From: Acidimicrobiales bacterium
GTDB lineage: Bacteria; Actinomycetota; Acidimicrobiia; Acidimicrobiales; Iamiaceae
Direction of reading: 5' to 3'
DNA: 64,000 nucleotides
Assembly (NCBI GenBank): GCA_020439505.1
Contig: JAGQSO010000036.1
Span: 13,393 to 77,392 of the forward strand
The translations under genes and the position numbers were made by a program. Within the stretch, counting starts at the first letter, position 1. The number at the start of each line of letters is the position of its first letter. The notes below the pieces were generated by a model, which was not told the DNA's origin, made no database searches, and saw only the letters and a program-made list of their open reading frames with translations. This document shows, piece by piece, positions 30,442 through 39,791 of this stretch.

Positions 30442-31661
30442 CCCTTCGGAGCGGGTTTGGGCTCGGGCGGCAAGCCGAGGGCCCGCTCACCGATGATGTT
30501 GCGCTGGATCTCGTTCGACCCGGCGTAGATGGTGTCCGAACGGGTGAACAGGAACAGCCGCTGAAGGGCGGTCAGCTCGTAGCCCTCCCCGTGGCGGTCC
30601 TCAGGGGCGACGTCCTGTTCGGCCAAGAGGGCTTCCATGCCCAAGACGTCCATGGCGAGCTCACCAAGGTCACGGTGCCAGTTCGACCAGTAGAGCTTGG
30701 TGATCATCGCCTCGCGGGGCAGGTCGGCCCCTTCGGCCTTGGACAGGACCCGGAGGGTGTTCCAACGCATCACCTCGAGACCGGCGTGGGCGTCGGCCAG
30801 GCGTTGGCGGATCATCGGATCGTCGATGCGTCCGTTGGCCCGGGCGGCGGCCACGATCGTGTCCAGCTCGTTGCGGAAACTGAGCTGTTGGCCGAGGGTC
30901 GATGCCCCACGCTCGAAGGCCAGGGTGCCCATCGCTACCTTCCAGCCGTTGTTCACCCCACCGACGACGTCGACCGCGAGGGCCCGTGCCCCCTCGAAGA
31001 ACACCTCGTTGAACTCGGAGGTTCCCGTGACCTGGCGGATCGGACGGATCTCGACGCCGTCTTGGCGCAACGGCATCAGGAAGTAGGTAATGCCGCGGTG
31101 CTTGGGCGTCGCCTCGCGGTCGGTGCGGGCCAGCACGAACACCCAATCCGACCAGTGCGCCAGAGAGGTCCAGACCTTCTGGCCGGTGATCAACCAGTCG
31201 TCGCCGTCGGGTTCGGCCCGGGTCGACACGTTGGCCAGGTCCGATCCGGCGTTGGGTTCGCTGTAGCCCTGGGCCCACAGGGTGGTTCCGGCCACGATTC
31301 CGGGCAGGAACCGCTCCTGCTGCTCCGAGTTACCGAAGGCCATGATCGTCGGTCCGGCGAGCCCTTCGCCGATATGGCCGAGCCGGCCCGGTCCACCGGC
31401 CCGGGCGTACTCCTCGTACCAGATGACCTGCTGGTGCAGGCTGAGTCCCCGTCCCCCGAACTCGGTGGGCCACCCCACGCAGGTCCAGCCGTTGGCACCC
31501 AAGTGCAGTTCCCACGCCCGACGTTCCTCGAACAGGGCGTGTTCGTCGCCCGGTCCCCCCCGACCGCGGACCCCGGAGAACTCACCGTTGAGCTGAGCGG
31601 TGAGCCAACCACGGGCTTCGGCCCGGAACGCCTCGTCCTCGTCGGAGAACTTCAAATCCAT
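30438..31661 (-). CDS. fadE30: Acyl-CoA dehydrogenase FadE30 (IpdE1)-like
   Basis: GRGGPGDEH, EEYARAGGPGRLGHIGE, LFTRSDTIYAGSNEIQRNII; coupled to ipdF. Confidence 0.85.
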   Translation of the reverse strand: MDLKFSDEDEAFRAEARGWLTAQLNGEFSGVRGRGGPGDEHALFEERRAWELHLGANGWTCVGWPTEFGGRGLSLHQQVIWYEEYARAGGPGRLGHIGEGLAGPTIMAFGNSEQQERFLPGIVAGTTLWAQGYSEPNAGSDLANVSTRAEPDGDDWLITGQKVWTSLAHWSDWVFVLARTDREATPKHRGITYFLMPLRQDGVEIRPIRQVTGTSEFNEVFFEGARALAVDVVGGVNNGWKVAMGTLAFERGASTLGQQLSFRNELDTIVAAARANGRIDDPMIRQRLADAHAGLEVMRWNTLRVLSKAEGADLPREAMITKLYWSNWHRDLGELAMDVLGMEALLAEQDVAPEDRHGEGYELTALQRLFLFTRSDTIYAGSNEIQRNIIGERALGLPPEPKPAPKG

Positions 31662-31681
31662 GTCCGGAGCGTAACCCCCAC

Positions 31682-31696
31682 CTGACGGACCGTCAG
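31682..31696. promoter_or_regulatory. Operator (perfect)
   Basis: CTGACGgacCGTCAG upstream of a -10-like TACGCT that lies 6 nt before the fadE30 ATG. Confidence 0.88.
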
Positions 31697-31731
31697 AAAC
31701 GATCTGGGTCGCCTCCTGGATGGAAGCGACC

Positions 31732-32877
31732 TCAGTGAGTCGGGGAAGACGTCGCGGACGCCGGTCCGCCACTCTGGTCGAGATCCAACCAGAAGGCGCG
31801 GGCCTCCGAGCGCCGGGTGACGTCGTAGCCGGTCCACTTCTCCTCGGGCAGCACCGCCGGAGAGACCTCCGCGAAGCCTTTCCTCAGAAACAACGACGCC
31901 GCAGGTTCGGCCACCGTGACCGCGAACAGCGCTCGCAGACCGGCCTCGACCGCCCGCTCGACAAGTCCGTCCACCAACAGACCGCCGGCCCCCGACCCGG
32001 AGAACCGGCTGACCGTGTACAGCGCCGACACCTCACCCAGCCCCTGCGCCAGGTAGGCGTCGGTCTCGAGGCCGACGATGCCGGCCAGGTGGCCGCTGCC
32101 CACCACCCGGGCCCCCAGGCCCGTCGCCGCCATGGCCGCCACCTCGAGCCGGTCCCTCGGCCGAAGCAACCCGTCGGAGATCCCTTGGGCGACAAGCTCC
32201 TCCACCGCCGCCAGATCGTCGATCCGTAGCGTCGAGACCTCGACGTACCCACCGCTGGTGAACAAGGTCCCCGTGCCGTCGAAGGTGAACAACTCCAGGT
32301 AGAGGTCCTCGGCCCGGCACAGGTTCACGCTCGCCACCCCACCGGCGAGCGCCACTTCGAGGGCCTCGACCACCGTCGCGTCCTGACGGTCGGCCAACTG
32401 CGACCGGTAGGCGTCTCGGTGGGTCCGAACGTCGGCGAAGCTCCGGGGCGGTCGACCCCATCCGCCCCGGTCGTCGGTGATCACCAGCTTCAAGGCCCGC
32501 AACGCCGCGGCGATGCCGGCCGCCACCGTCGCGGTGTGAGGACTTGTCGACTCCACCACGACCACCCGGGCGTCAGACACCGTGAGCCACAACTCCCCCA
32601 GCCGAGACGGATCCAACCCGTCACCGATCGACACCACCGGCGCGTCCGCCGCGATGCCCTCGACCGGGCGCCTCGCCCCAGCCGGACCTTGGGTGTCCCG
32701 CTCCGCTCCGGTCACCAGGACCAGGCGGGCATCCCCGCCCGCCAGCGAAGTGGCCACCAACCCGACGGCATCGGACCCCAAGTCACCGCCGGGCAGGGAC
32801 ACGACGATCGTGGAACCGGCGAACTCGGCAACGTAGAAGTCCCGCTCGGCGGCGGGAACTTCGGGGTGTGCATCCAC
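31732..32877 (-). CDS. ArgA-like protein (degenerate amino-acid-kinase domain plus GNAT)
   Basis: FYVAEFAGSTIVV, LYLELFTFDGTGTLF, GEVSALYT, FLRKGF..V...LPEEKW. Confidence 0.6.
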   Translation of the reverse strand: MDAHPEVPAAERDFYVAEFAGSTIVVSLPGGDLGSDAVGLVATSLAGGDARLVLVTGAERDTQGPAGARRPVEGIAADAPVVSIGDGLDPSRLGELWLTVSDARVVVVESTSPHTATVAAGIAAALRALKLVITDDRGGWGRPPRSFADVRTHRDAYRSQLADRQDATVVEALEVALAGGVASVNLCRAEDLYLELFTFDGTGTLFTSGGYVEVSTLRIDDLAAVEELVAQGISDGLLRPRDRLEVAAMAATGLGARVVGSGHLAGIVGLETDAYLAQGLGEVSALYTVSRFSGSGAGGLLVDGLVERAVEAGLRALFAVTVAEPAASLFLRKGFAEVSPAVLPEEKWTGYDVTRRSEARAFWLDLDQSGGPASATSSPTH

Positions 32878-33027
32878 CGAACCAGTGTGGCCCACCGGAA
32901 CCCACACGCCCCACGGAGATGGCGAGAGACGAAGCCGACAGCATTCGGGGCGTCAGAGGCCAGCGGGCCGCGCCGATGGCTCCCAAGCCATTCAAGGGCC
33001 GCCGGTCACGGCGCTAGGGTCACCCCG

Positions 33028-33483
33028 ATGAGTACCTCACGCACCCTGGCATCGCTGCTGACCGTGGCCGTCCTCACCGTCCCCGCCTTGAGCGGCTGCA
33101 GCAGCGACGACTCGGCCAAGGGGGGCGATGGTTCGACGACCACCGCCACCACCGCGGCCCCGGGCCCTGATCTGGCCGACGCCGAGTGGTCCGACCAGAC
33201 GGCCGACACCGCGGTGACCGTGCAGGCTCGCGACAACATCTTCGTCAAGCCCTACATCGAGGTGAAGGCCGGTACCACCGTCACCTTCACCAACCGGGGT
33301 CGCAACCAGCACAACGTGTTGGCCGTGCCCGAGGACCGTTTCGAGTCGATCGAGGCCGACGACCTCGAGCCCGGGAGCTCCCAGGACGTGACCTTCACCG
33401 CCCCCGGCGACTACCCCTACTACTGCTCCCTGCACGGAACCGCCACCAAGGGGATGGTCGGAGCGGTTCGGGTGGTGGAGTAG
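33028..33483 (+). CDS. Cupredoxin (plastocyanin/azurin-like) lipoprotein
   Basis: Lipobox LSGC; QHNV ... YYCSLHGTATKGM type-1 copper ligands. Confidence 0.88.
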   Translation: MSTSRTLASLLTVAVLTVPALSGCSSDDSAKGGDGSTTTATTAAPGPDLADAEWSDQTADTAVTVQARDNIFVKPYIEVKAGTTVTFTNRGRNQHNVLAVPEDRFESIEADDLEPGSSQDVTFTAPGDYPYYCSLHGTATKGMVGAVRVVE

Positions 33484-33519
33484 AGGCGAAGCTTCGGCCT
33501 GATCACCCTCGAAACGGCG

Positions 33520-34968
33520 TCATTCGGCCGGACGGTCAGGTACCACGATGGCGTCCAGGTCGGGGCGGACCGGGCGGGTGAAACGCGGGTGGGGGGCGCT
33601 TCGGGCATCGGGCATGTTCGGCTGTGGTCCGGGAACCGGAGTGCTCCGGTAGGCGTTCGGATCGGCGCGGGGAGGCTGGTCGGACACGAAGGGACCGAAG
33701 TCCATTCCACCTTCGGACAGGTCGGCGCCGTTGCCGGGACGATCACAGGGAATGATCTCCTGGAGGGCGGGCGGCGCGGTCAGGGTGACGTCGTTGTCGG
33801 AGAAGCAGTTGCCCGCACCGCTGAGGGCAAGGCCGGGCATTGGGTCGCGCTCGTAACCGACAGCCAGATCCACGATCCCCGACCCGAAGACGCGGTTGGC
33901 GATGATGCGGTTACCGGTGGCGTCCCAGACCACGGGCCCGACCGGTTCCTCCGGTATCGACTCCTCGGTGACCTCCCGACAGGGCCGCTCGAGGTCCGCG
34001 GCCGGGGGCGGGCCATCGGTGGCGTCACGCTCCAGGTATGGAAGGACCGAGATCCCGGTGCGGTCGTGGTCATAGACCAGGTTCCGCTCCACCCGATTGT
34101 CGAGGCTGCCGAACACGACGATGCCGTTGCCCTGGTTCACGTAGGCGTCCCGGAAGCCGGGGCCGTCGCGGTAGTTGTTGTCGTGGACGATGTTGCCGAC
34201 GATCACCGTCGACCGGCCGGGATAGCACAGCTCGTAGGACCCCGAGGTGGGCAGGAGACCGACCCGGTTGAAACGGAAGGTCGAGTTGACGATGTAGAGG
34301 TCTCCACCCGAGTTGGTGCCCGAATAGCCCACTCCGTTGTACTCGCCAACCACCCCGTCGACGACGGTGTCGCAGGGGAAGCACTGTCCGACGTACACCG
34401 CCGACTCCTTGTTGCCGGATCCCAGGCTGTTATCGATCATGCCGTGGTAGGAGTCGAGGGCGTAGATGCCGTAGTCGCCGTTGCGGTACACGGTCAGGTA
34501 CGAGCCCCGGTACCGGTCCGAACCGGTCCAGAACACGCCGTTCCCGGTGTAGTTGCGGACGGTCAGGTTCTCGACCACCACGCCGTCGGTGTCGAGCACC
34601 CGGATGCCGTTCTCCAGCTTGAAACCGCCGTCGAAGATCACCTGGTTGCGGTCTACTCCACGGATAGTGATGTCAGGGACCTCGACGTCGACCGATTCCT
34701 CATAGGTGCCCGGAGCGATGAGGACCATGTCACCGGGCCGGGCCGAATCGACCGCTTCTTGGACCGTCGGGTGGTCCTGAGGAACCCGTATCACCGGGCC
34801 GCTACCGACGGGGGATGCGGTGGAGGCGGAGGAGGCCGACCCGTCCTTGGGTGCGTCACCGTCGCCCGAACAGCCGACCAGGGAGAGCACGACTACCGCC
34901 AGCACCACGACCACCAACCGCACCCCGAGTCGGCGGACGGGGTTCCCATCGGGCTTCGCGCCGGCCAT
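33520..34968 (-). CDS. Right-handed beta-helix lipoprotein (paralog 1)
   Basis: LVGC; VIRVPQDHPTVQEAVD, NGDYGIY, GYSGTNSGG. Confidence 0.82.
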   Translation of the reverse strand: MAGAKPDGNPVRRLGVRLVVVVLAVVVLSLVGCSGDGDAPKDGSASSASTASPVGSGPVIRVPQDHPTVQEAVDSARPGDMVLIAPGTYEESVDVEVPDITIRGVDRNQVIFDGGFKLENGIRVLDTDGVVVENLTVRNYTGNGVFWTGSDRYRGSYLTVYRNGDYGIYALDSYHGMIDNSLGSGNKESAVYVGQCFPCDTVVDGVVGEYNGVGYSGTNSGGDLYIVNSTFRFNRVGLLPTSGSYELCYPGRSTVIVGNIVHDNNYRDGPGFRDAYVNQGNGIVVFGSLDNRVERNLVYDHDRTGISVLPYLERDATDGPPPAADLERPCREVTEESIPEEPVGPVVWDATGNRIIANRVFGSGIVDLAVGYERDPMPGLALSGAGNCFSDNDVTLTAPPALQEIIPCDRPGNGADLSEGGMDFGPFVSDQPPRADPNAYRSTPVPGPQPNMPDARSAPHPRFTRPVRPDLDAIVVPDRPAE

Positions 34969-35014
34969 GGACAGGTTCGCAGCGGTCACGACGTGAGATC
35001 GTGGCACAACCCGG

Positions 35015-35995
35015 TCACCCACTGAACAGGGGCTCCTCTTCCCGGTTCGAGGCCAGGTCGCACACCACGTCGCGATGGATGCAGCGGTTGATCTCGCGTT
35101 CGAGACCGTCGGGGTCCCAGCCGTTGAAGAAGTCCCCGTGAGCCGAGTAGATGTTGCCCGAGGCCAACGTCAGGTCGTGATCGGGCCCCGAAATGGGAAA
35201 GGCGACCGACACGGTGAGCTGGGGGATGTTCACCGGGTGCGAGCTCGGGCATCGCCCGTCGACCGAGTAGGCGACGTGGGACTTATGGTCCTCGCTGTCG
35301 ACGTTGCGGCCGTCCCAGCAGTCCTGGAACGTGAGGATGAGGTGCAGGGGCGCTCCCACCGGACAGTCCGGCGGGTCGTCGGAGACCCGGGTATGGGTGC
35401 CGCAGACCCAGCCGGCCGCCTCGCCCGCCTGGGGCTCGGTGGCGGTCTGGTCACCGGCGATCAGCGCCAGACCAGTGGGCATGGTGACCACATCGGTCGG
35501 GTCCACCCCTGGTGCCGCCCGGTAGTAGGCGGCGATCGAACGCGGCACCACGATCTCTCCCCGATCGAAGAGGGTCGGATGCCAGTAGCCGGCGGTGTCG
35601 GCCGTCTTGTCACAGGTGGTTCCCCCCGCCATCAAGATCTCGGGCGTGCTCGACGCGTCGATCACGGTGGAGCCGTAGAAGTCGTGGCGATGGGATCGAC
35701 CCGAATGGCCGAAGTGGACGATCGGGTCGTCGGGAGCCGAATGGCTGTAACCGCAGTGGGCCACGAACTGGCCGACCCGGCCCTGAGGGCCAACGTGACG
35801 CTCGGGCCCCACTCCCCCTCGGGCCGGTCGATCGAGGCCCGGCTCGGTCTTGTCCGAGACCGAGGAGCCGGCCTGCGTAGAGCTCTCGGGTCCGGGGTCC
35901 TCGTCAGCGGCGTTGGCGATCAGCACTGCGGCCAGCAGCACCAACGCCACCCCCACCACCACGACGACGAGTCTCCGGGAGGGGGAGCTGCTCAC
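35015..35995 (-). CDS. DUF1996-domain exported protein
   Basis: DDPIV...SHRHDFYG, YWHPTL, FQDCWDG, DHKSHVAY, CPSSHPV, HGDFFNGW. Confidence 0.88.
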   Translation of the reverse strand: MSSSPSRRLVVVVVGVALVLLAAVLIANAADEDPGPESSTQAGSSVSDKTEPGLDRPARGGVGPERHVGPQGRVGQFVAHCGYSHSAPDDPIVHFGHSGRSHRHDFYGSTVIDASSTPEILMAGGTTCDKTADTAGYWHPTLFDRGEIVVPRSIAAYYRAAPGVDPTDVVTMPTGLALIAGDQTATEPQAGEAAGWVCGTHTRVSDDPPDCPVGAPLHLILTFQDCWDGRNVDSEDHKSHVAYSVDGRCPSSHPVNIPQLTVSVAFPISGPDHDLTLASGNIYSAHGDFFNGWDPDGLEREINRCIHRDVVCDLASNREEEPLFSG

Positions 35996-36018
35996 CTGAC
36001 TCGACTCCTACCTCTGGT

Positions 36019-37446
36019 TCAAGCCGGCTTGGCTGGCACCTTGATCGCGGCGACGTCAGGCTTGACCGGGCCTTCGAAGCGGGGATGGGGCGCGGTGGCG
36101 GCGTCGGGCATCGACTCTTGAGCCGGGGGAACCGGCGTGGTCCGGTAGCTCTCCTTGTCCGGTTTGGCCGGCTGCTCGGCGATGAGCTTGAGCAGGTCGA
36201 ACGCACCGGCCTCGAAGTCGCCACCGTTGCCGGTTCCGTCGCAGGGGGCCAGCGCCTCGAGGTCGGTGGGAGAGGTGGTGGCGAAGGTGTTCCCCGAGAA
36301 GCAGTTGTTCAGGTCCTTGGTAGTGAGGTCACCTTCGGCCAGGGCGATCGTGGACGACGCCATGTCGGCCATGCCCGAGTTCTCCACCACGTTCCCGACG
36401 AAACGGTTGCCCGTCGCGCTCCAGATCACGGTTCCTACCGGTTCCTCGGGGATCTCGTCGTCGAGCGTTTCCGAGCAGGGGCGGTCGAGTTCATCGGCGG
36501 GAGGCGGGGTGTCGCTGGCGTCCTCCTCGGGGAAGGGAACCGCCGCGATACCGGTGCGGTCGTGGTTGTAGACGAGGTTGCGTTCGACGATGTTGTTGAT
36601 GCTTCCGGCGAGCAGGATCCCGTTGCCCTGCGCCATCAGCGACACGTCGATTCCGGGTCCGTCCATGTAGTTGTTGTCGTGGACGACGTTGCCGACGATG
36701 GTGTTAGCCCGTCCCGGGTAGCAGAGCTCGTAGGAGCCGGCGTTGGGGACCACCCCGGCCCGGTTGTTCCGGAAGGTCGAGTTGATGATGTACAGCTCGC
36801 CCCCCGAGTTGGTGCCCGAGTAGCCCAGGCCGTTGTACTCCGACACGACGTTGTCGATGACCGCGTCACATTCGAAGCACTGACCGATGTAGAACCCGGC
36901 GTCGGGGCTACCCGACCCGTAGCTGTGGTCGAACTGACCGTGGTAGGAGTCGAAGGCGTAGATGCCGTAGTCACCGTTGCGGTAGGCGGTGAGGTAGGAG
37001 CCGCGGTAGCGGTCAGATCCCGTCCAGTAGAACCCGTTCGACACGTAGTTGCGGGCGGTCATGTTCTCGACCACCACTCCGTCGGTGTCGAGGATGCGGA
37101 TGCCGTTCTCCAGCTTGAACTCGCCGTCGAGGATCACCTCGTTGCGGTCCACGCCCCGGATGGTGATGTCGTCGACCTCGACGTCGACGGCTTCCTTGTA
37201 GACGCCCTTGCCGACCAAGACCATGTCACCGGGCTTGGCGGCCTTCACCGCGGCCTGGATGGTCTTGTGATCCTCGGGAACCCGGATGACGGTGGCCTCA
37301 GCGGCCGAGGCCGCGGTGGTGCTCGAAGTGCCGTCGGCCTTGTCGGCCCCGTCGTCCTTCGAACAACCGACCACCACCGTGGCCAGGGCGGCCAGGACCA
37401 CGGCGGCCCGGCCGAGGCGGCGTCGTGACGCAGATGGGTTGGACAT
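36019..37446 (-). CDS. Right-handed beta-helix lipoprotein (paralog 2)
   Basis: VVGC; long near-identical stretches shared with the 33520 protein. Confidence 0.85.
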   Translation of the reverse strand: MSNPSASRRRLGRAAVVLAALATVVVGCSKDDGADKADGTSSTTAASAAEATVIRVPEDHKTIQAAVKAAKPGDMVLVGKGVYKEAVDVEVDDITIRGVDRNEVILDGEFKLENGIRILDTDGVVVENMTARNYVSNGFYWTGSDRYRGSYLTAYRNGDYGIYAFDSYHGQFDHSYGSGSPDAGFYIGQCFECDAVIDNVVSEYNGLGYSGTNSGGELYIINSTFRNNRAGVVPNAGSYELCYPGRANTIVGNVVHDNNYMDGPGIDVSLMAQGNGILLAGSINNIVERNLVYNHDRTGIAAVPFPEEDASDTPPPADELDRPCSETLDDEIPEEPVGTVIWSATGNRFVGNVVENSGMADMASSTIALAEGDLTTKDLNNCFSGNTFATTSPTDLEALAPCDGTGNGGDFEAGAFDLLKLIAEQPAKPDKESYRTTPVPPAQESMPDAATAPHPRFEGPVKPDVAAIKVPAKPA

Positions 37447-37544
37447 GGGTTCCCCTTGATGAGGGCCACGCTCGGTTCCGTGGCTCTGACCGATCCTGCC
37501 ACAGAACCGAGCGTCGGCTCGGTTCGACTCCTGTGGTTACGGCC

Positions 37545-38456
37545 TCAGTAGCGCAGGCCCGGTGCCCGGGTTCCGAAGACGTCGGTGGCCAGCTGGGTGC
37601 CGAGCTTGGCGGCGTCCCAACGCTTGCCACCGTTGTTGATGGTGGGGCCGTCGCTCCACCCCTTCATCCAGATGATGTTCTCGGCCACGGCGCGGATCAC
37701 CTGGCCGGTGACGTGCTGGGACTCATCCGAAGCCAGCCAGGCCACCAGAGGCGACGAGACCGAGGGGTCCATCCGGTTCCACTCACCGTCGGGAACGTCG
37801 TTGGCCTCGATGACCTCGGGGGCGCCAGGCATGGTCCCGGTGATGCGAGTAGCCGCGGCCGGTCCCACGCAGTTGACAGTCACGCCCATCTTGTGGAGCT
37901 CGAGGCTGAGGGTCTGGGTGAGCCCGGCGATACCGGCCTTGGCGGTTGCGTAGTTCGACTGGCCGAAGTTGCCCACCAGACCAGCACCCGAGGTGGTGTT
38001 GATGACCCGACCAGTGAAGGTCTCGCCCGCCTGGGACCGCCCCCGCCAGTGGCGAGCGGCGTGGTGGCAAGGCGCCCAGGTGCCCTTGACGTGCACGTTG
38101 ATCACGGCGTCGAAGTCACCCTCGGACATGTTCCAGATGGCACCGTCACGCACGATTCCGGCGTTGTTGACCAGCACGTCGAGGCGCCCGAACGTCTCGA
38201 CCGCCTGGGCGACCATACGGCCGGCTCCTTCGAAGTCGGCCACGTTCTCGTAGTTGGCGACCGCTTCCCCGCCCCGCTCCTTGATCAGGTCGACGGTCAG
38301 GTCGGCGTCGCGCCCCTGGCCTTCACCGGTGACCGACACCCCGAGGTCGTTGACCACGACCTTGGCCCCGTGCCGGGCCAGCTCCAGGGCGTGGCCCCGG
38401 CCGATGCCGTGACCTGCGCCGGTGACGATCGCTACCTTGCCGTCGAGCATGCCCAT
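37545..38456 (-). CDS. SDR oxidoreductase
   Basis: TGAGHGIG, NNAGIVRD, YATAK. Confidence 0.9.
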   Translation of the reverse strand: MGMLDGKVAIVTGAGHGIGRGHALELARHGAKVVVNDLGVSVTGEGQGRDADLTVDLIKERGGEAVANYENVADFEGAGRMVAQAVETFGRLDVLVNNAGIVRDGAIWNMSEGDFDAVINVHVKGTWAPCHHAARHWRGRSQAGETFTGRVINTTSGAGLVGNFGQSNYATAKAGIAGLTQTLSLELHKMGVTVNCVGPAAATRITGTMPGAPEVIEANDVPDGEWNRMDPSVSSPLVAWLASDESQHVTGQVIRAVAENIIWMKGWSDGPTINNGGKRWDAAKLGTQLATDVFGTRAPGLRY

Positions 38457-38507
38457 GGGTGGTGTTGCCTCCGTGATGGAGCCGGCTGATCCGATCAGCC
38501 CGCGTTT

Positions 38508-38522
38508 CTGACTGGTCGTCAG
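38508..38522. promoter_or_regulatory. Operator
   Basis: ttCTGACTggtCGTCAGat about 50 nt upstream of the SDR. Confidence 0.8.
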
Positions 38523-38624
38523 ATCCTAGGGGCTGACCAGCAGCACCCAGGAATGCCGGACCGCCCGCACCGACAGCCCAGGTGCCGCCCTTACGGAGGC
38601 TCCGCCCCGTCGCGGATTCCGTTG

Positions 38625-39740
38625 TCAGAGATCGAAGCACTCGTAGAGGTCGTCGGAATTGGGGTTCCCCGATGGGGCCGCCGCCGTCACGTCGTCGATG
38701 CAGGCGCGTCCGGCCGGGCTAAGCATCTGCCAACAGGCCGGCTCGGCCGGTCCCGTGGTCATGTACTCGCTGAGGCTGTCGTATTTGTCAGTGGTGTTCT
38801 GGGGGTTGTACCCACAACCAGTCACCTGGACCGGGACGGTGGTGGTGGGCCCCACCGCCGTGGTCGTGGTGGTGGACGCCGCGAACTCGGGGCCGTCAGC
38901 CACATCGGGTAGCTCCTCGGCCAGGGCCACCTCGTCCTCGGGCATCTCGTCCAGTTCGACGGGTTCTTCGCAGCGGCGAGCATCGGTCACGAACCACAGG
39001 TCCATCAACCGCTGCACCTCGACCCGACGACGGACCAACCCGAACGGGTCGGTCCAGGCGTAGACGACGTGGTTCTGGTTGCGGGCCAGTTCCACCCGTC
39101 TGCCGTCCTGCTCGCCCAGGCGATCGGTGACCGCTTCGTCGGGTACCAGTTGACCGGCGATCAGGGCCGGGCCCTGGTACATGTCGGCCTGCCCGTAGAT
39201 CACCGGCGAGGCACAGCCCCACACCGGTCGCTGGGGCGCAGGGCAGGTGGTCATGGTCCAGATGAGGAGTCGCTGCATCCTTTCCACCGACGTCTGCTCC
39301 TCCCTGTCGGTCAGTGGCCGGGGGTTCTCCCTCAGGCGTCGGGCCAGGGCCCTCACCTGGGCCATGTCGTCGAGAACCGCCCCGTCAGCGAGTCCTTCGG
39401 CCTGATCCAAGAGGTGGTCGGTGGCGACCTGGGCGGCCACGCCGGGCGGGTCGGGGTCGATCGCGGCCCTGAGGAACAGTCGGCGAGCCGCCCGGCAGCG
39501 GGGATCGGGCACCGGCACGGCGGGATCAGCCTGGGATGCGGGCTCGGCCCTGACGATGGCGGAGGTGGCGGGTCCGGCTGCCGCGTGGGACTCCACTTTG
39601 GCCGCGGGTACGTCATCGGCCACCCCGTAGTCCCAGGAGGTGACCATTCCCGTCACGCCCAGGACCAGGGCTACGACCACCACAACGGCGAGGAGCGCGT
39701 GTAGAGATCGGGGGCCGGGAACCCTGAACTGCTCGGGCAT
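38625..39740 (-). CDS. Hypothetical exported/membrane-anchored protein
   Basis: N-terminal TM, Thr linker, small Cys-containing C-terminal domain. Confidence 0.65.
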   Translation of the reverse strand: MPEQFRVPGPRSLHALLAVVVVVALVLGVTGMVTSWDYGVADDVPAAKVESHAAAGPATSAIVRAEPASQADPAVPVPDPRCRAARRLFLRAAIDPDPPGVAAQVATDHLLDQAEGLADGAVLDDMAQVRALARRLRENPRPLTDREEQTSVERMQRLLIWTMTTCPAPQRPVWGCASPVIYGQADMYQGPALIAGQLVPDEAVTDRLGEQDGRRVELARNQNHVVYAWTDPFGLVRRRVEVQRLMDLWFVTDARRCEEPVELDEMPEDEVALAEELPDVADGPEFAASTTTTTAVGPTTTVPVQVTGCGYNPQNTTDKYDSLSEYMTTGPAEPACWQMLSPAGRACIDDVTAAAPSGNPNSDDLYECFDL

Positions 39741-39791
39741 GGTGGCCAATTGTGCCAACCGCGGGGCACCAAGTCATGTATGCCTAGTGGC

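Noticed and set aside
32951-32956. Operator between the argA-like and cupredoxin genes
   Set aside because: Half-site only
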